From contig JBDGTY010000013.1 in NCBI GenBank assembly GCA_042216335.1, positions 1 through 23,432 of the forward strand: a DNA stretch of 23,432 bases, written 5' to 3'. The notes under the pieces are model-generated. The model was not told where the DNA came from, searched no databases, and saw only the letters and a list, made by a program, of their open reading frames with translations. Source of the stretch: Candidatus Nanohalobium sp. GTDB taxonomy: Archaea > Nanohalarchaeota > Nanosalinia > Nanosalinales > Nanosalinaceae. Below, in pieces: positions 1 to 9,339 of this stretch. The number at the start of each line of letters is the position of its first letter. The stretch's first letter is position 1. The translations under genes were made by a program, and so were the position numbers.

Positions 1-45
1 ACCAACGCCACAACCTTTATATGTGTCACTATACAATAACAACAT

Positions 46-165
46 ATGATCGCAATGAGTCAAACTGAATACAACTCGATCGCATCCCAGCCCCTCGAGG
101 AGCTAAGGGCTGAAACTCCTGAAGTCAAAATCGAACTGAAACATGCTGAGATCGTCACAGGGTGA
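46..165 (+). CDS. Small hypothetical protein (39 aa), not in ORF track
   Basis: ATG 46 to TGA 165, MIAMSQTEYNSIASQPLEELRAETPEVKIELKHAEIVTG. TTTATA at 16-21 is at leaderless spacing. Its GGTGA end serves as the SD of the next gene. Confidence 0.55.
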   Translation: MIAMSQTEYNSIASQPLEELRAETPEVKIELKHAEIVTG

Positions 166-171
166 TCTAAG

Positions 172-477
172 ATGGAGAAACTTGGCACTGTAACTCAAAC
201 AGCCGAAGTAGGAGATATTCATTACAAATTTAGGAGAGATCGTTTTGATAGAGATGGTGAGGACTTCGAGCACTATATAATTAAAGCAGTTGAGGAAGAT
301 GGTAGTGAAGAAATCCTAGAATCTAAAACTGTTCAAGGTTTGGAAGATGAAGAGGATTATCAATTCGATCAACTCTACGATCGTGTATTCAATGAAACCA
401 AGCAATCAGGATCAAGTTCGTGGGGAGAAACAACAGAAAAGTTGGAAGAAGGCTACTCTCCGAGAGGCGATCTTTGA
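172..477 (+). CDS. Acidic hypothetical protein
   Basis: 101-aa D/E-rich ORF; GGTG SD 7 nt upstream of the ATG. Confidence 0.75.
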   Translation: MEKLGTVTQTAEVGDIHYKFRRDRFDRDGEDFEHYIIKAVEEDGSEEILESKTVQGLEDEEDYQFDQLYDRVFNETKQSGSSSWGETTEKLEEGYSPRGDL

Positions 478-968
478 TGGTTTCTGAATTAACACAAGAT
501 TTGGAAAAAGCTGGAGAATATGATAAGAGCGTGCTTGAGGGCGTAGGAGGCACCAGAGCTAAGATAGGTGATTTCGTTGAGCTGATTAGTTCTTATGATG
601 TTGCGGCTGATCCTGAGAAGGATAGGTACATCGTTCAGGATGACGTCCACCAGTACTCGGTTCAGATAGCAGATATTAGTGAAGAGAAGGCTGGGGACGG
701 ATCTGATGAACTTGTTGGAGAAATTTTCGTGGAAAAATCTCAGTCGGGTTTCAGTAATGAGGCAGTTTCAAGATACAACGTGCTTTCTGATCAGGATATT
801 GAAGAAGATCCTGGTGACGGGGCACTATACAATGACAGAAGTGAAGGTTTAGTAAACGCAGCTGATAGAGCTCCTGATAGAACTGAACAGGAAATGAATG
901 AAAAAGGTGATGACGAAATTCTAGAACCGGACACGGAAACAGGCTGGGGCGTAGCGGATAACCTCTAG
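477..968 (+). CDS. Acidic hypothetical protein
   Basis: ATG 477 overlaps the previous stop (TGATG); product MVSELTQDL... is acidic. The basic extension from 420 is probably not translated. Confidence 0.75.
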   Translation: MVSELTQDLEKAGEYDKSVLEGVGGTRAKIGDFVELISSYDVAADPEKDRYIVQDDVHQYSVQIADISEEKAGDGSDELVGEIFVEKSQSGFSNEAVSRYNVLSDQDIEEDPGDGALYNDRSEGLVNAADRAPDRTEQEMNEKGDDEILEPDTETGWGVADNL

Positions 969-3059
969 CTACCTGACCTCACTCCCTACTTCCATCTCTT
1001 CTTCTGTTGTCAGCATGGTGACGTTTCCGTCTTCATCCTCTGCTGCCAGCATCATGCATTCGCTTTTCTCTCCACGTAGCTCGGTCGGTTCAAGGTTGGC
1101 CAATACGATGACATTCCTTCCTTCAAGCTCTTCCCTGCTGTAGTGGTTCTTCAGTCCTGCGCAGGTCTGGAGCGTTGCTTCTCCGACGTCGACCTGTACT
1201 TTGTAGAGTTTGTCTGCGTTCGGATGCTCTTCGACTTCCTGGACTTTTCCTGTCCTGATATCCATCTCCATGAAGTCGTCGAAGCTGACCGTGTCCTCGT
1301 TGAAACCGTGGTCCGCTGATTCTTCCTCTGATTCGTCTTCCATGTTGTCGTCCTCGCTGTCTTCCTGGTGCTGTGAAGTGTCGATCTTCTCGAAAAGTAT
1401 CTCTCGCTCTCCCAGTTCGTGGCCTGGTTCAAGCTCTCCGACAGCCTCTTCCAGATCGTTTACTCCTTCCTCTGCATCGATTTCCGTGTTGAGCTGCTCG
1501 GCCATCTCTCTGCTGGATGATGGTGTGAAAGGATACATCGCCTTGCTTAATGCGTTGATTATCTGGACTGCGACGTAGATCGTCTCCCTCCTTCTCTCCT
1601 CGTGGTTCCAGGGCTGTTCCTCGCTGAGGTACTTGTCTCCGTGTCTCGCAAGTTCGATTGCTGTCTCAAGCGCTTCCTTGACCTCGTGGTCCTCGAACTG
1701 CTGGTCGTATCTCTCCAGTAGTTCCTCGGTCTTATCCAGCGCTTCCTCATCCTGTTCTTCCAGTTCTGGTTCTGGAACCTTTCCGTTGAACCAGTCCTCT
1801 GCCAGGCTTAACGCTCTGTTGGTGAAGTTGCCGACAGTGTTGTTCAACACGCCGTTGACCTCTGACTCGAAGTCCTCCCAGGCGAAGTTTGTGTCCTCTG
1901 TGGTTGGGAGTCTTCTGGCCAGGTAGAACCTCCAGTAGTCGGGCTCGTAGTACTTGACTGCGTCGTCGATGAATACTCCGCGGTTCCTTGACTTTGAGAA
2001 CGCGCCGCCCTCCCACATCAGGTGGTTCTGGAGGAACTCCCAGTCAGGCAGCCCATACTCTATATCATCGTTCCTGGCGCCGAGAAGTATCGTTGGAAAG
2101 ATGACTGTGTGGAATATGACGTTGTCCTTCCCTACAGAGTAGATGATCTCTGCATCGCTGTCCCAGTACTCTCTCCACTCTTCATCGTCTTCAAACAGCT
2201 CTCTCGTGAACCCTATGTAGCCGATCGGTGCGTCAAACCAGACGTAAAGGGCCTTATTGTCGTAGACCTCTGGATTAAGCTTTTCGACATCTAATTCTTC
2301 TTCCTCTATCCTCTGATTTACTCTTTCGACAGGGATGCTGAAGCCCCAGTCCTGGTCACGTGTTATCGAACGCTCTTCTGCCTCTTCCAGGTCATGGAGC
2401 ACCTGGCCTTCCATATGCCCGGGGATTGGGTCTTCGTTTTCTATCCAATCTTTCAGTTCGCCCTTGAACTCTGTCAGGTCGAGAAACAAGTGATCGGTGT
2501 CCCTGAACTCTATACTGTCTCCGCCACATATCTGGCACTCTGGATTCTCTATTTCCTCTGGTTCAACAAGTTTTCCGCAGTCGTCGCACTGGTCTCCTCT
2601 CGCCAGGCCGCCGCAGTGAGGGCATTCCCCCTCGATGTATCTGTCGGGTAGGAACCTTTCGTCGTCACGGCAGTAGGCCATGTTCTGGGTTTTCTCGCTG
2701 ATCAAACCTTTGCAGTATAGTTCCTCGAACATGTCGTGGGTCTGCTTCCTGTTATAATCGGAGTGGGTGTCTGAGAAGATGGAGAAGTCGACTTCAAGGC
2801 TTTCGTATGCTTCCCTGACTTTCTCGTTCTGGCTGTCTTTAATATCTTTCGGGTCTTCTCCTCTTTCGATTGCCTCGAGTTCCAGCGGTGTTCCATGTAC
2901 GTCTCCGCCGCAGATGAACTCGTTCTCAACTCCCTTCAGGTCGAAGAACCTGTGCATCAGTTCAGCCGGCAGTACGCTTCCTGCCATGTTGCCCAGATGT
3001 GGGATTCCGTGTACGTATGGGAGTGCTGAAGTAACCGCGACCTTTCTATCTTCTGTGAT
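969..3059 (-). CDS. metG: Methionine--tRNA ligase with C-terminal tRNA-binding (Trbp111-like) domain
   Basis: TSALPYVHGIPHLGN (HIGH motif) lies in frame upstream of the track start at 2987; also Zn knuckle, YVWFDA, GKDN, FSKS and a C-terminal OB fold. Proposed ATC start at 3059 after AGGTGA; the start is uncertain. Confidence 0.97.
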   Translation of the reverse strand: MTEDRKVAVTSALPYVHGIPHLGNMAGSVLPAELMHRFFDLKGVENEFICGGDVHGTPLELEAIERGEDPKDIKDSQNEKVREAYESLEVDFSIFSDTHSDYNRKQTHDMFEELYCKGLISEKTQNMAYCRDDERFLPDRYIEGECPHCGGLARGDQCDDCGKLVEPEEIENPECQICGGDSIEFRDTDHLFLDLTEFKGELKDWIENEDPIPGHMEGQVLHDLEEAEERSITRDQDWGFSIPVERVNQRIEEEELDVEKLNPEVYDNKALYVWFDAPIGYIGFTRELFEDDEEWREYWDSDAEIIYSVGKDNVIFHTVIFPTILLGARNDDIEYGLPDWEFLQNHLMWEGGAFSKSRNRGVFIDDAVKYYEPDYWRFYLARRLPTTEDTNFAWEDFESEVNGVLNNTVGNFTNRALSLAEDWFNGKVPEPELEEQDEEALDKTEELLERYDQQFEDHEVKEALETAIELARHGDKYLSEEQPWNHEERRRETIYVAVQIINALSKAMYPFTPSSSREMAEQLNTEIDAEEGVNDLEEAVGELEPGHELGEREILFEKIDTSQHQEDSEDDNMEDESEEESADHGFNEDTVSFDDFMEMDIRTGKVQEVEEHPNADKLYKVQVDVGEATLQTCAGLKNHYSREELEGRNVIVLANLEPTELRGEKSECMMLAAEDEDGNVTMLTTEEEMEVGSEVR

Positions 3060-3117
3060 AACGAGTTCACCTAGAGAACTGTTTGGACGCTAATTTTCTT
3101 TAAACTCCTTTTTATCC

Positions 3118-3498
3118 TTAGGGCTGAAAATCCCTGTCCTCGAACTCGACCTCCAGGAACCCGTACTCCTCGTCCTCAGGCGCTCCGTCGAGCAGGTGAT
3201 CGAAGACTCTGTAGACTGCGTCTCCCGGCCTCCAGTATCTTTCCGTTCCCTCCGAATGATACAGCACCACAGTACTTTCATCCTCTGGATTTTCACCTTC
3301 TAGAGCATCTTCGCAGGTTTCGGCCAGAGCACGGCCAAAGATGCCTTCTCGGCCGTTATCCGATGCATTCTCGTACAAACTCTCGAGATGTCCTACATAC
3401 ATCCTGGTCTCGTTGTCCTCGTAGACGGTGTGCTCCTGCATTAATTCTTTCAGCTCATCTTCTCTCAGTGTGTCGCAGACCTTCCTCGCTCTCATCAT
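3118..3498 (-). CDS. Acidic hypothetical protein
   Basis: 126-aa D/E-rich ORF matching the host codon style. Confidence 0.7.
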   Translation of the reverse strand: MMRARKVCDTLREDELKELMQEHTVYEDNETRMYVGHLESLYENASDNGREGIFGRALAETCEDALEGENPEDESTVVLYHSEGTERYWRPGDAVYRVFDHLLDGAPEDEEYGFLEVEFEDRDFQP

Positions 3499-3563
3499 TT
3501 TGCTACACTACGGCAGTAAATATTCCATATGTTTTATAAGATTCTTTCCCTCTATAACGGTCT

Positions 3564-3956
3564 GTGAGTGTCTTTGACAACCTTCAAAATATGGCAGATT
3601 CCTCAGGCCTAAGAAGTTACTTCTCTACTTCAGGAGGGGATGTTCCTCAAGATGAGATTGCGGTTTTTCTGGGAGGAGTAGTAGAAAGTTATGAGAATAG
3701 TGAAGACTATCGAGGGAAGATAGAAAAGGACGTGCTGCGTGAAGGTCTTGACGTGGACGAAATTAACCTTGAGGAGGACACTCTCGCCAACTTAGTCATA
3801 AGGCATCTGAGAGGAGATAGTCTTAATTCTCAGCACAGACTGAGAATGAGTCCGGATGGAGAGGCATTGTATCAAGAAATAAGAGACGCAGCCACTATAG
3901 AGGAATCCGGAGGTTCTTACCAGGTTGAACTGGATTTCTCCTATGGCTTCAGATAA
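3564..3956 (+). CDS. Acidic hypothetical protein
   Basis: 130-aa ORF; TTTTATAA at about 3532-3539 is at leaderless distance from the GTG. Confidence 0.7.
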   Translation: MSVFDNLQNMADSSGLRSYFSTSGGDVPQDEIAVFLGGVVESYENSEDYRGKIEKDVLREGLDVDEINLEEDTLANLVIRHLRGDSLNSQHRLRMSPDGEALYQEIRDAATIEESGGSYQVELDFSYGFR

Positions 3957-4734
3957 TATTCCTCTTCAAACGGTTCAGGTTGCTTAACCCGAAGTCCGGC
4001 TGCTGGTCTTCATCGGCTGCTGCCAATATCTCTCTGTCGAGGTCGCCGCTCATCACGGCCCCGGTCTTCATACCCAAATCGTTCCCGAACTCGATGTCAG
4101 CGGCCCGGTCGCCTATCACGAGGGAGGCGGTCGGGAAGTAGGAGAAGTAGTCCTTGAAGACCTTCCGGAAACTTTTGCTCGGCTTTCCGACCAGCTCAAC
4201 CTGGGAATCATCCGCGTACTCCCTAAGAGCCTTGTTGAAAGGTTTCTGGTGCGGCTGCTCGCCCGAGGTCTTCCTGAAAGTCCTCTCCGTCGAACAGATG
4301 TACAGCTTCCCGCCATCCTGGAGGATCTTCATCGCCTTCCGGAGCTTATCATAGTTGAACTGCCGGTCAAAACCGGCCACGACCGCATCGGCATCCTTTG
4401 AGACCTTGATATCTTTCCTGTCTAACTCATCGATCAAACCTTTCTCACCGATGGCGTAGACCTTCTTGTAGCCGTCCTCGGCGATCCTCTCTGCCGCCAC
4501 GTAACCAGAAGTAAGCACCTGGTCCTCGTCCGCAGGTATGTTCATTGAGGACAGCTTCTTCGCGTACTCCTTCCGTGAGAGCAACGTGTTATCCGTTACG
4601 AAGTAGTAATCCTTTCCGACCTCTCTGATCGTATCTATCAGGTCTTCCGCTCCGATGATAGCCGAGTCCCAGTTCCAGATGGTCTTATCCAGATCGAAGA
4701 AAAAGTCGTTTTTACTCTCAAGTTCGATGTCCAT
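3949..4734 (-). CDS. HAD-superfamily class IIA (NagD-like) phosphatase
   Basis: FFFDLDKT (motif I), VTDN, GKPS, IGDRAADI; start taken at MDIELES (4734). Confidence 0.9.
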   Translation of the reverse strand: MDIELESKNDFFFDLDKTIWNWDSAIIGAEDLIDTIREVGKDYYFVTDNTLLSRKEYAKKLSSMNIPADEDQVLTSGYVAAERIAEDGYKKVYAIGEKGLIDELDRKDIKVSKDADAVVAGFDRQFNYDKLRKAMKILQDGGKLYICSTERTFRKTSGEQPHQKPFNKALREYADDSQVELVGKPSKSFRKVFKDYFSYFPTASLVIGDRAADIEFGNDLGMKTGAVMSGDLDREILAAADEDQQPDFGLSNLNRLKRNII

Positions 4735-4828
4735 ATTCACTTGTTGTGTCCTAAATTTAAGTATTTCCCGCCGTGTAGGTTGCTCACGGTGAAGAGCTTT
4801 TTTATTCTCGAAATGTTCCAACTGTTAT

Positions 4829-7303
4829 GTGGTCTGGAAAAATTTTGTCTTGGTTTTAGCGCTTCTGGCAGTGCTATCTGGGTTTGCGGCTGGAGAAGCT
4901 ACTGTTACTGATCTATCCGTGGATGTTAATGACCAAGATGGAGATGGAATTTTTGTAATGGGAAGACCTGTCAAGAGCAGATTTCATTACACTATGAATC
5001 AGCGTGTTCAGGTTTCCTTCGCGGTTGATGAGACCTACAGTATGGGTCCTGTTATAAATGGAGTTAGGGACAATATAAAGTGGTTTTACGATCAGTTGGG
5101 GGGTGGAGCTCAGGGTACTGTGGTTGGAAGTGGTTGTGATGATAAAGCCTGTTCTGACTCCGACTATCCGGGCGATCATTCTGGTTCGAGCGAGCCCCGG
5201 GATGTTGTTGATGGTAACGGCCTTACATCCAATCTTAACGATCTGAAGGAGGGTGCTGACAGGCTTGCTGAGAGGACTACGTCTGAGGGGCCTGATGACA
5301 CTATCTCGGAGGCAGTTGGTTACGGCACTGAGGCATCAGATTATACAGGGGGTGTTGAATACTACGATGACGAGTACTATGGATACGACCAATCGAATGA
5401 AAAAGCTGTGATCTGGGTGGAGGACGGCGGCGCCAGAGGATCATGTACTGGAGTATCTGACTTTTCGGAGGGTGCTCTGGGGGATTACCTTGTTGATAAG
5501 GGTTTCAAGTTCTATGCGATTGTAAGAGACCTGGGGAGCTGTAGATCTCATTTTGAAACTGCTGCAGCGCAGACGGGGGGAGAGGTATATAATCTTTCTA
5601 GTAGTCCTTCAAATTCTGACTGGCAGGATATACTTGGAGATATCTCCAGTTCCATAGAAGTCGAAGCCAACCTTACTGCGGCCGTGGATTCAAACAGCTA
5701 CTCTACAGAGAACTATGATAGCAAGCAACAGGTGAGCGGAAATGATAACTACAAATTTGTTAATGTGAATTCGGTTCGTGGTGAGCACACTTTCGTGTTT
5801 CACTGGCGGCCCACAGATCATGGCACACAGGAACTTCAGACAGGAGATTCCTTCCTGAGGATCAGGGATCCGGAAGGCCTGAAAACATTTGGTTTCAGTG
5901 GCAGCCGACAGGAAAATGTTCGATACGTTGACTTCGATGTGGAAAATGCCTCTATCCTCAGAGAAAGGTCAAAGGTGTACGTCAATTTTACAGTGGAAAA
6001 TGTGGGGAACACTGAATCGAAAATCCGGAAAGTATGGATAGCAGATGGTTCCGGATTAAGTGCCAATTATGAAAGCTATAACCTCAATCGCTTGAGTCAG
6101 GGTGAGGAGCAACGTTTCACAATTGAATTGTCAGAGTCCAACCCGATATTCTCTGATCTTGAATCTATCTATATCCGGGCCGATCCAAAGGGATACTGGG
6201 ACGGCACATCTTATGGCCACGGTAACACTCTGGAGCCGAACGAGGCCAACAACGTCGTGAACCTGGGTTATCCTCCGAGGCTTGAGGATATAAGTCCTCA
6301 GCCAACAGGCGGTGTTTCCTGGAGTGAGACTTTCCGGCCGCAGTTCACTTATGCTCATCCGAATCCTGGTACTGTCAGTGGGGTCTACAACTTCACGAAC
6401 GCCAGTGTCCGGATGGAGACGAACGCGGCCATGGATCTCACCACGAACACTGATGAAGCGGTTCTGACCACTGCAAGGGATTTCTTTGCCGATCCTGCGG
6501 AGAGGTGGTACAACTTTACAGTCAGAGTGAAGGATGGCAGGGGGGCCACGACTATCCGCACTGCGTCCTACTTTGTGGATAATCCCAAGCCTAAAGCTTT
6601 TGCTATCGAGCCTTCGGATTCGGGAGTAGTCTCAAGTTTCCCTGTGAATCTACTGGCCCGGGTAGAGGATGACAACTCGGCGTACCACAACCGGCCTCTG
6701 CAGGTGACGATCTACGACCATAATGGTGATTACCTGGCTTCCGCCAGCGTCAGTTCCGGCAATACGATTAGCCATGAATGGGAGATTCCTAACGCACTTT
6801 CCAGCCAGTACGAGTGGACTGTTGAAGTAGAGGATAAATGGGATACGGTAAATACAACTTTCACGTTCACGAAGGTAGTGGGGAGGAGCTACAGGAGCGA
6901 TCTATCCATAGATCTGAACTACTCCTCTATCGTGATGAACGCGGATAGTAACAGGTACGCACAGCTTACAGTTGAGAATAATGTGAATAACGTGAAAGAT
7001 CTTACCCTGAACCTTACAGGGGTCGAAGCAGAATTCCTCGGTGGGGGCCAGTCCAGGAGGATCTCGGCCTTTCCCGGCCAGACCCAGAGAACCTACAAGA
7101 TCAGGATAATGCCCGACTCAAAGACCGATAAAGACCTGGAGATAGTAGCAGAAAACAACAACCTGGGAATAAACACCACAAGAACCATCCCGGTGACAGT
7201 ACTCGAGAACAAGCGCAGTTCCAGAGATGTTCCAGGGCTGCAGCTGATCCACCTGTTATTTGTGGCAATAACTGCTACAGTTCTTTATTCTGTACGACTC
7301 TGA
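4829..7303 (+). CDS. Secreted, membrane-anchored surface protein with VWA, CARDB and Ig-like domains
   Basis: Signal peptide; DQDGDG Ca-binding-type loop; MIDAS-like VDETYSM and VIWVEDG; CARDB-like VENVGN...ADP...EPNEANN; many NxT/S sequons; C-terminal VPGL plus TM helix (PGF-CTERM-like). Confidence 0.85.
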   Translation: MVWKNFVLVLALLAVLSGFAAGEATVTDLSVDVNDQDGDGIFVMGRPVKSRFHYTMNQRVQVSFAVDETYSMGPVINGVRDNIKWFYDQLGGGAQGTVVGSGCDDKACSDSDYPGDHSGSSEPRDVVDGNGLTSNLNDLKEGADRLAERTTSEGPDDTISEAVGYGTEASDYTGGVEYYDDEYYGYDQSNEKAVIWVEDGGARGSCTGVSDFSEGALGDYLVDKGFKFYAIVRDLGSCRSHFETAAAQTGGEVYNLSSSPSNSDWQDILGDISSSIEVEANLTAAVDSNSYSTENYDSKQQVSGNDNYKFVNVNSVRGEHTFVFHWRPTDHGTQELQTGDSFLRIRDPEGLKTFGFSGSRQENVRYVDFDVENASILRERSKVYVNFTVENVGNTESKIRKVWIADGSGLSANYESYNLNRLSQGEEQRFTIELSESNPIFSDLESIYIRADPKGYWDGTSYGHGNTLEPNEANNVVNLGYPPRLEDISPQPTGGVSWSETFRPQFTYAHPNPGTVSGVYNFTNASVRMETNAAMDLTTNTDEAVLTTARDFFADPAERWYNFTVRVKDGRGATTIRTASYFVDNPKPKAFAIEPSDSGVVSSFPVNLLARVEDDNSAYHNRPLQVTIYDHNGDYLASASVSSGNTISHEWEIPNALSSQYEWTVEVEDKWDTVNTTFTFTKVVGRSYRSDLSIDLNYSSIVMNADSNRYAQLTVENNVNNVKDLTLNLTGVEAEFLGGGQSRRISAFPGQTQRTYKIRIMPDSKTDKDLEIVAENNNLGINTTRTIPVTVLENKRSSRDVPGLQLIHLLFVAITATVLYSVRL

Positions 7304-7466
7304 CGATGTATCCTGCGACCCTGTTCCGCAGCCTCTTTGAGGTGAATTCTCCTGTCTCTTTAAGCTCTTCTTTGTTCTCCTCGAAGTCTTCGGAGAACTT
7401 TTTCTCGTCTGCGTCTACCAGGTCCTGTGCCAGTCTTTTGACGTAGGTCTGTCTTACTCTTCCCAT
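7275..7466 (-). CDS. rps17e: 30S ribosomal protein S17e
   Basis: MGRVRQTYVKR...FSEDFEENK...SKRLRNRVAGYI signature. Confidence 0.97.
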   Translation of the reverse strand: MGRVRQTYVKRLAQDLVDADEKKFSEDFEENKEELKETGEFTSKRLRNRVAGYIVRVVQNKEL

Positions 7467-7542
7467 ACAAGTACATACAGGCGGTATAAGTTTCTTAAAC
7501 CCCTCTGCTTTAAACCCGGGAAACACCAAATAAACGGTGTTT

Positions 7543-7833
7543 ATGGCAAACATCAGGAGACTCGTCCTCGACGTGCTCAAACCGCACGAACCCTCGATCA
7601 CCCGGTTCGCACAGGAAATCAGCGAGATGGAGGAAGCAGAAGGCGTCAACGCCACCATGCTGGAAATAGATGAAGAGGTCCAGAACATCAAGATAACAGT
7701 ACAGGGAGAAAACCTGAGGGAGGAAAAGATCAAGGAACTGGTCGAGGACCTGGGAGGAAGTATCCACAGCTTTGACGAGATAGTGTGCGGGGAAGATATA
7801 GTCGAGGAAGTCGAAACACCTCAGGACAAATAA
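7543..7833 (+). CDS. DUF211 family protein
   Basis: IRRLVLDVLKPHEP...GGSIHSFDEIVCG; TTTAAA at 7509-7514. Confidence 0.88.
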   Translation: MANIRRLVLDVLKPHEPSITRFAQEISEMEEAEGVNATMLEIDEEVQNIKITVQGENLREEKIKELVEDLGGSIHSFDEIVCGEDIVEEVETPQDK

Positions 7834-7849
7834 AATAGGAGGAAGATAG

Positions 7850-8425
7850 ATGATCGAGGAGCTCAGGGAGAGCTGGCAGCGCGAAGAAGTCAGAAGCATC
7901 TCCAGAAGATACTTCATATCCAACGGATTCGACGGAACACTCACAGCAACAGGAGTAGCCGTCGGTTCTTTTCTATCCGGAGTACCGGACGGATTGACGG
8001 TCTTCAAGGTTGGGATCGGCGCGGGCATCGGACTCGCGACTTCCGGGGTCTGGAGCGTATGGGAGATAGAGAAAGCGGAGAAACTCGCCCAGTTGCATGC
8101 CCTCGAGGACTCTATGATGGAGGACCTGAAGAATACCGAGGTGCACGAAAAGAAGAAACAGGGCCGGATAATAAACTCGTTGAGCAGCGGCCTCGGCCCG
8201 GTCATCGGAGTACTGGTTCCTATCCTGCCCTTCCTTCTTGAAAGAGGAGGTTTACTGACGATGCTCCAGGCCACGATCCTGTCTGTCGCCCTGGCGGTGC
8301 TGCTTCTCGGAGCCTTCGGCGCATACATGGCCAGGATTTCACGTCAGAAGATGCTATGGGCAGCCGCACGGATGGGGCTGGCTGGGCTGGTAGTGGCGCT
8401 GCTGAACATCGTGCTGCCAGGATGA
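7850..8425 (+). CDS. VIT1/CCC1-like membrane protein (TIGR00267 type)
   Basis: RRYFISNGFDG and about 5 TM helices; usual neighbour of DUF211; AGGAGG SD. Confidence 0.88.
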   Translation: MIEELRESWQREEVRSISRRYFISNGFDGTLTATGVAVGSFLSGVPDGLTVFKVGIGAGIGLATSGVWSVWEIEKAEKLAQLHALEDSMMEDLKNTEVHEKKKQGRIINSLSSGLGPVIGVLVPILPFLLERGGLLTMLQATILSVALAVLLLGAFGAYMARISRQKMLWAAARMGLAGLVVALLNIVLPG

Positions 8426-8476
8426 AGAATCGGCAGGATACGTTTTCAATGGTTAGCTGCTGTAGGTGAAACCAAC

Positions 8477-9294
8477 TCAGATTTTGGACTGGTATCCTGT
8501 GAGTCGATGGTCTTTCTGTTCGTGGTAGAGATCTCTTGCTGTTTTCCTTAAAGGGCTTTTTTCTGCCAGTGTATCTTGTTCGCCGAATATCTTTTTCCAT
8601 GGCACGTTGTATTCCTCTCTCGGGTACCAGGGTGCTTCGTCTTCTTCCGGTGATAGACTTAGGTCTGCGTCGTCGTATCTTCTTACCACCTCCTCGAAGA
8701 GGTTCTTGGGTAAAAGGGCGTTCCTGTGGATATCTAGGTAGATGAAGTCGTCTTCAGGTTCTCCTTCCTCTGCTGGCTCAAATATCTGCGTATCTCTCTT
8801 GAGCTCCTCAAAGTCATCTATCCCGCTTTATTCATCAGGATTAAACCTCAAAGTTGGCCTCTGGTTTGACACAGGTTCTTCCACGATGTTATAAAGATTC
8901 AGCTCGATTAAGGACCTGTCTGGTAGTTTTCCATATGAGTTATTTCTGACGACAAAACTGCCTCTCTGACCCGATCCTCCATTATTGACGAAAAGGGAGC
9001 AGGACTTTACCTGTACCGGCCATCCGGCGAAATTCTCATCAAAGCCTATGTATACATCCGCAGCATTGTCCTTGAACTCGGCACCATAGCTCCATGCTGC
9101 TAGCTGCTCAAATCCGGAACCTATCAGTTTAGGCTTGTCTCCCTCAAGTTTTGGCCGGTCAAGAGATTCTCTTTTCTCTACTGCTTCTCCGGTAAAGCTG
9201 TCAGGCGTGTCAAGAGAACCGACTAGACCTGATAGATCGTCATCACATCGCTTTTCTCAAGTATCCTTTCAACCTCGTCAACAGTCCCTGCCAC
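8477..9294 (-). pseudogene. Disrupted PD-(D/E)xK-like nuclease (1-nt frameshift plus nonsense codon)
   Basis: Joining frames gives ~272 acidic codons with GSGFEQLAA...ADVYI...VQVKSC...GQRGSFVVR; frameshift at about 9244 and in-frame TAA at 8830-8828. Confidence 0.7.
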
Positions 9295-9339
9295 TACCCA
9301 CTCGAACGTACTAAAATTTTAAGTCAACTACCAGGCAGA

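Noticed and set aside
1151..3093. Antisense and alternate-frame ORFs over metG (similar ones over ABCE1, nusA, ftsZ and gatA)
   Set aside because: Ser- or Arg-rich shadows of acidic, codon-biased genes.
4827..4859. Out-of-frame ATG TGG TCT GGA AAA ATT as a frameshifted start of the surface protein
   Set aside because: GTG 4829 already gives a good signal peptide, and there is no canonical slippery heptamer.
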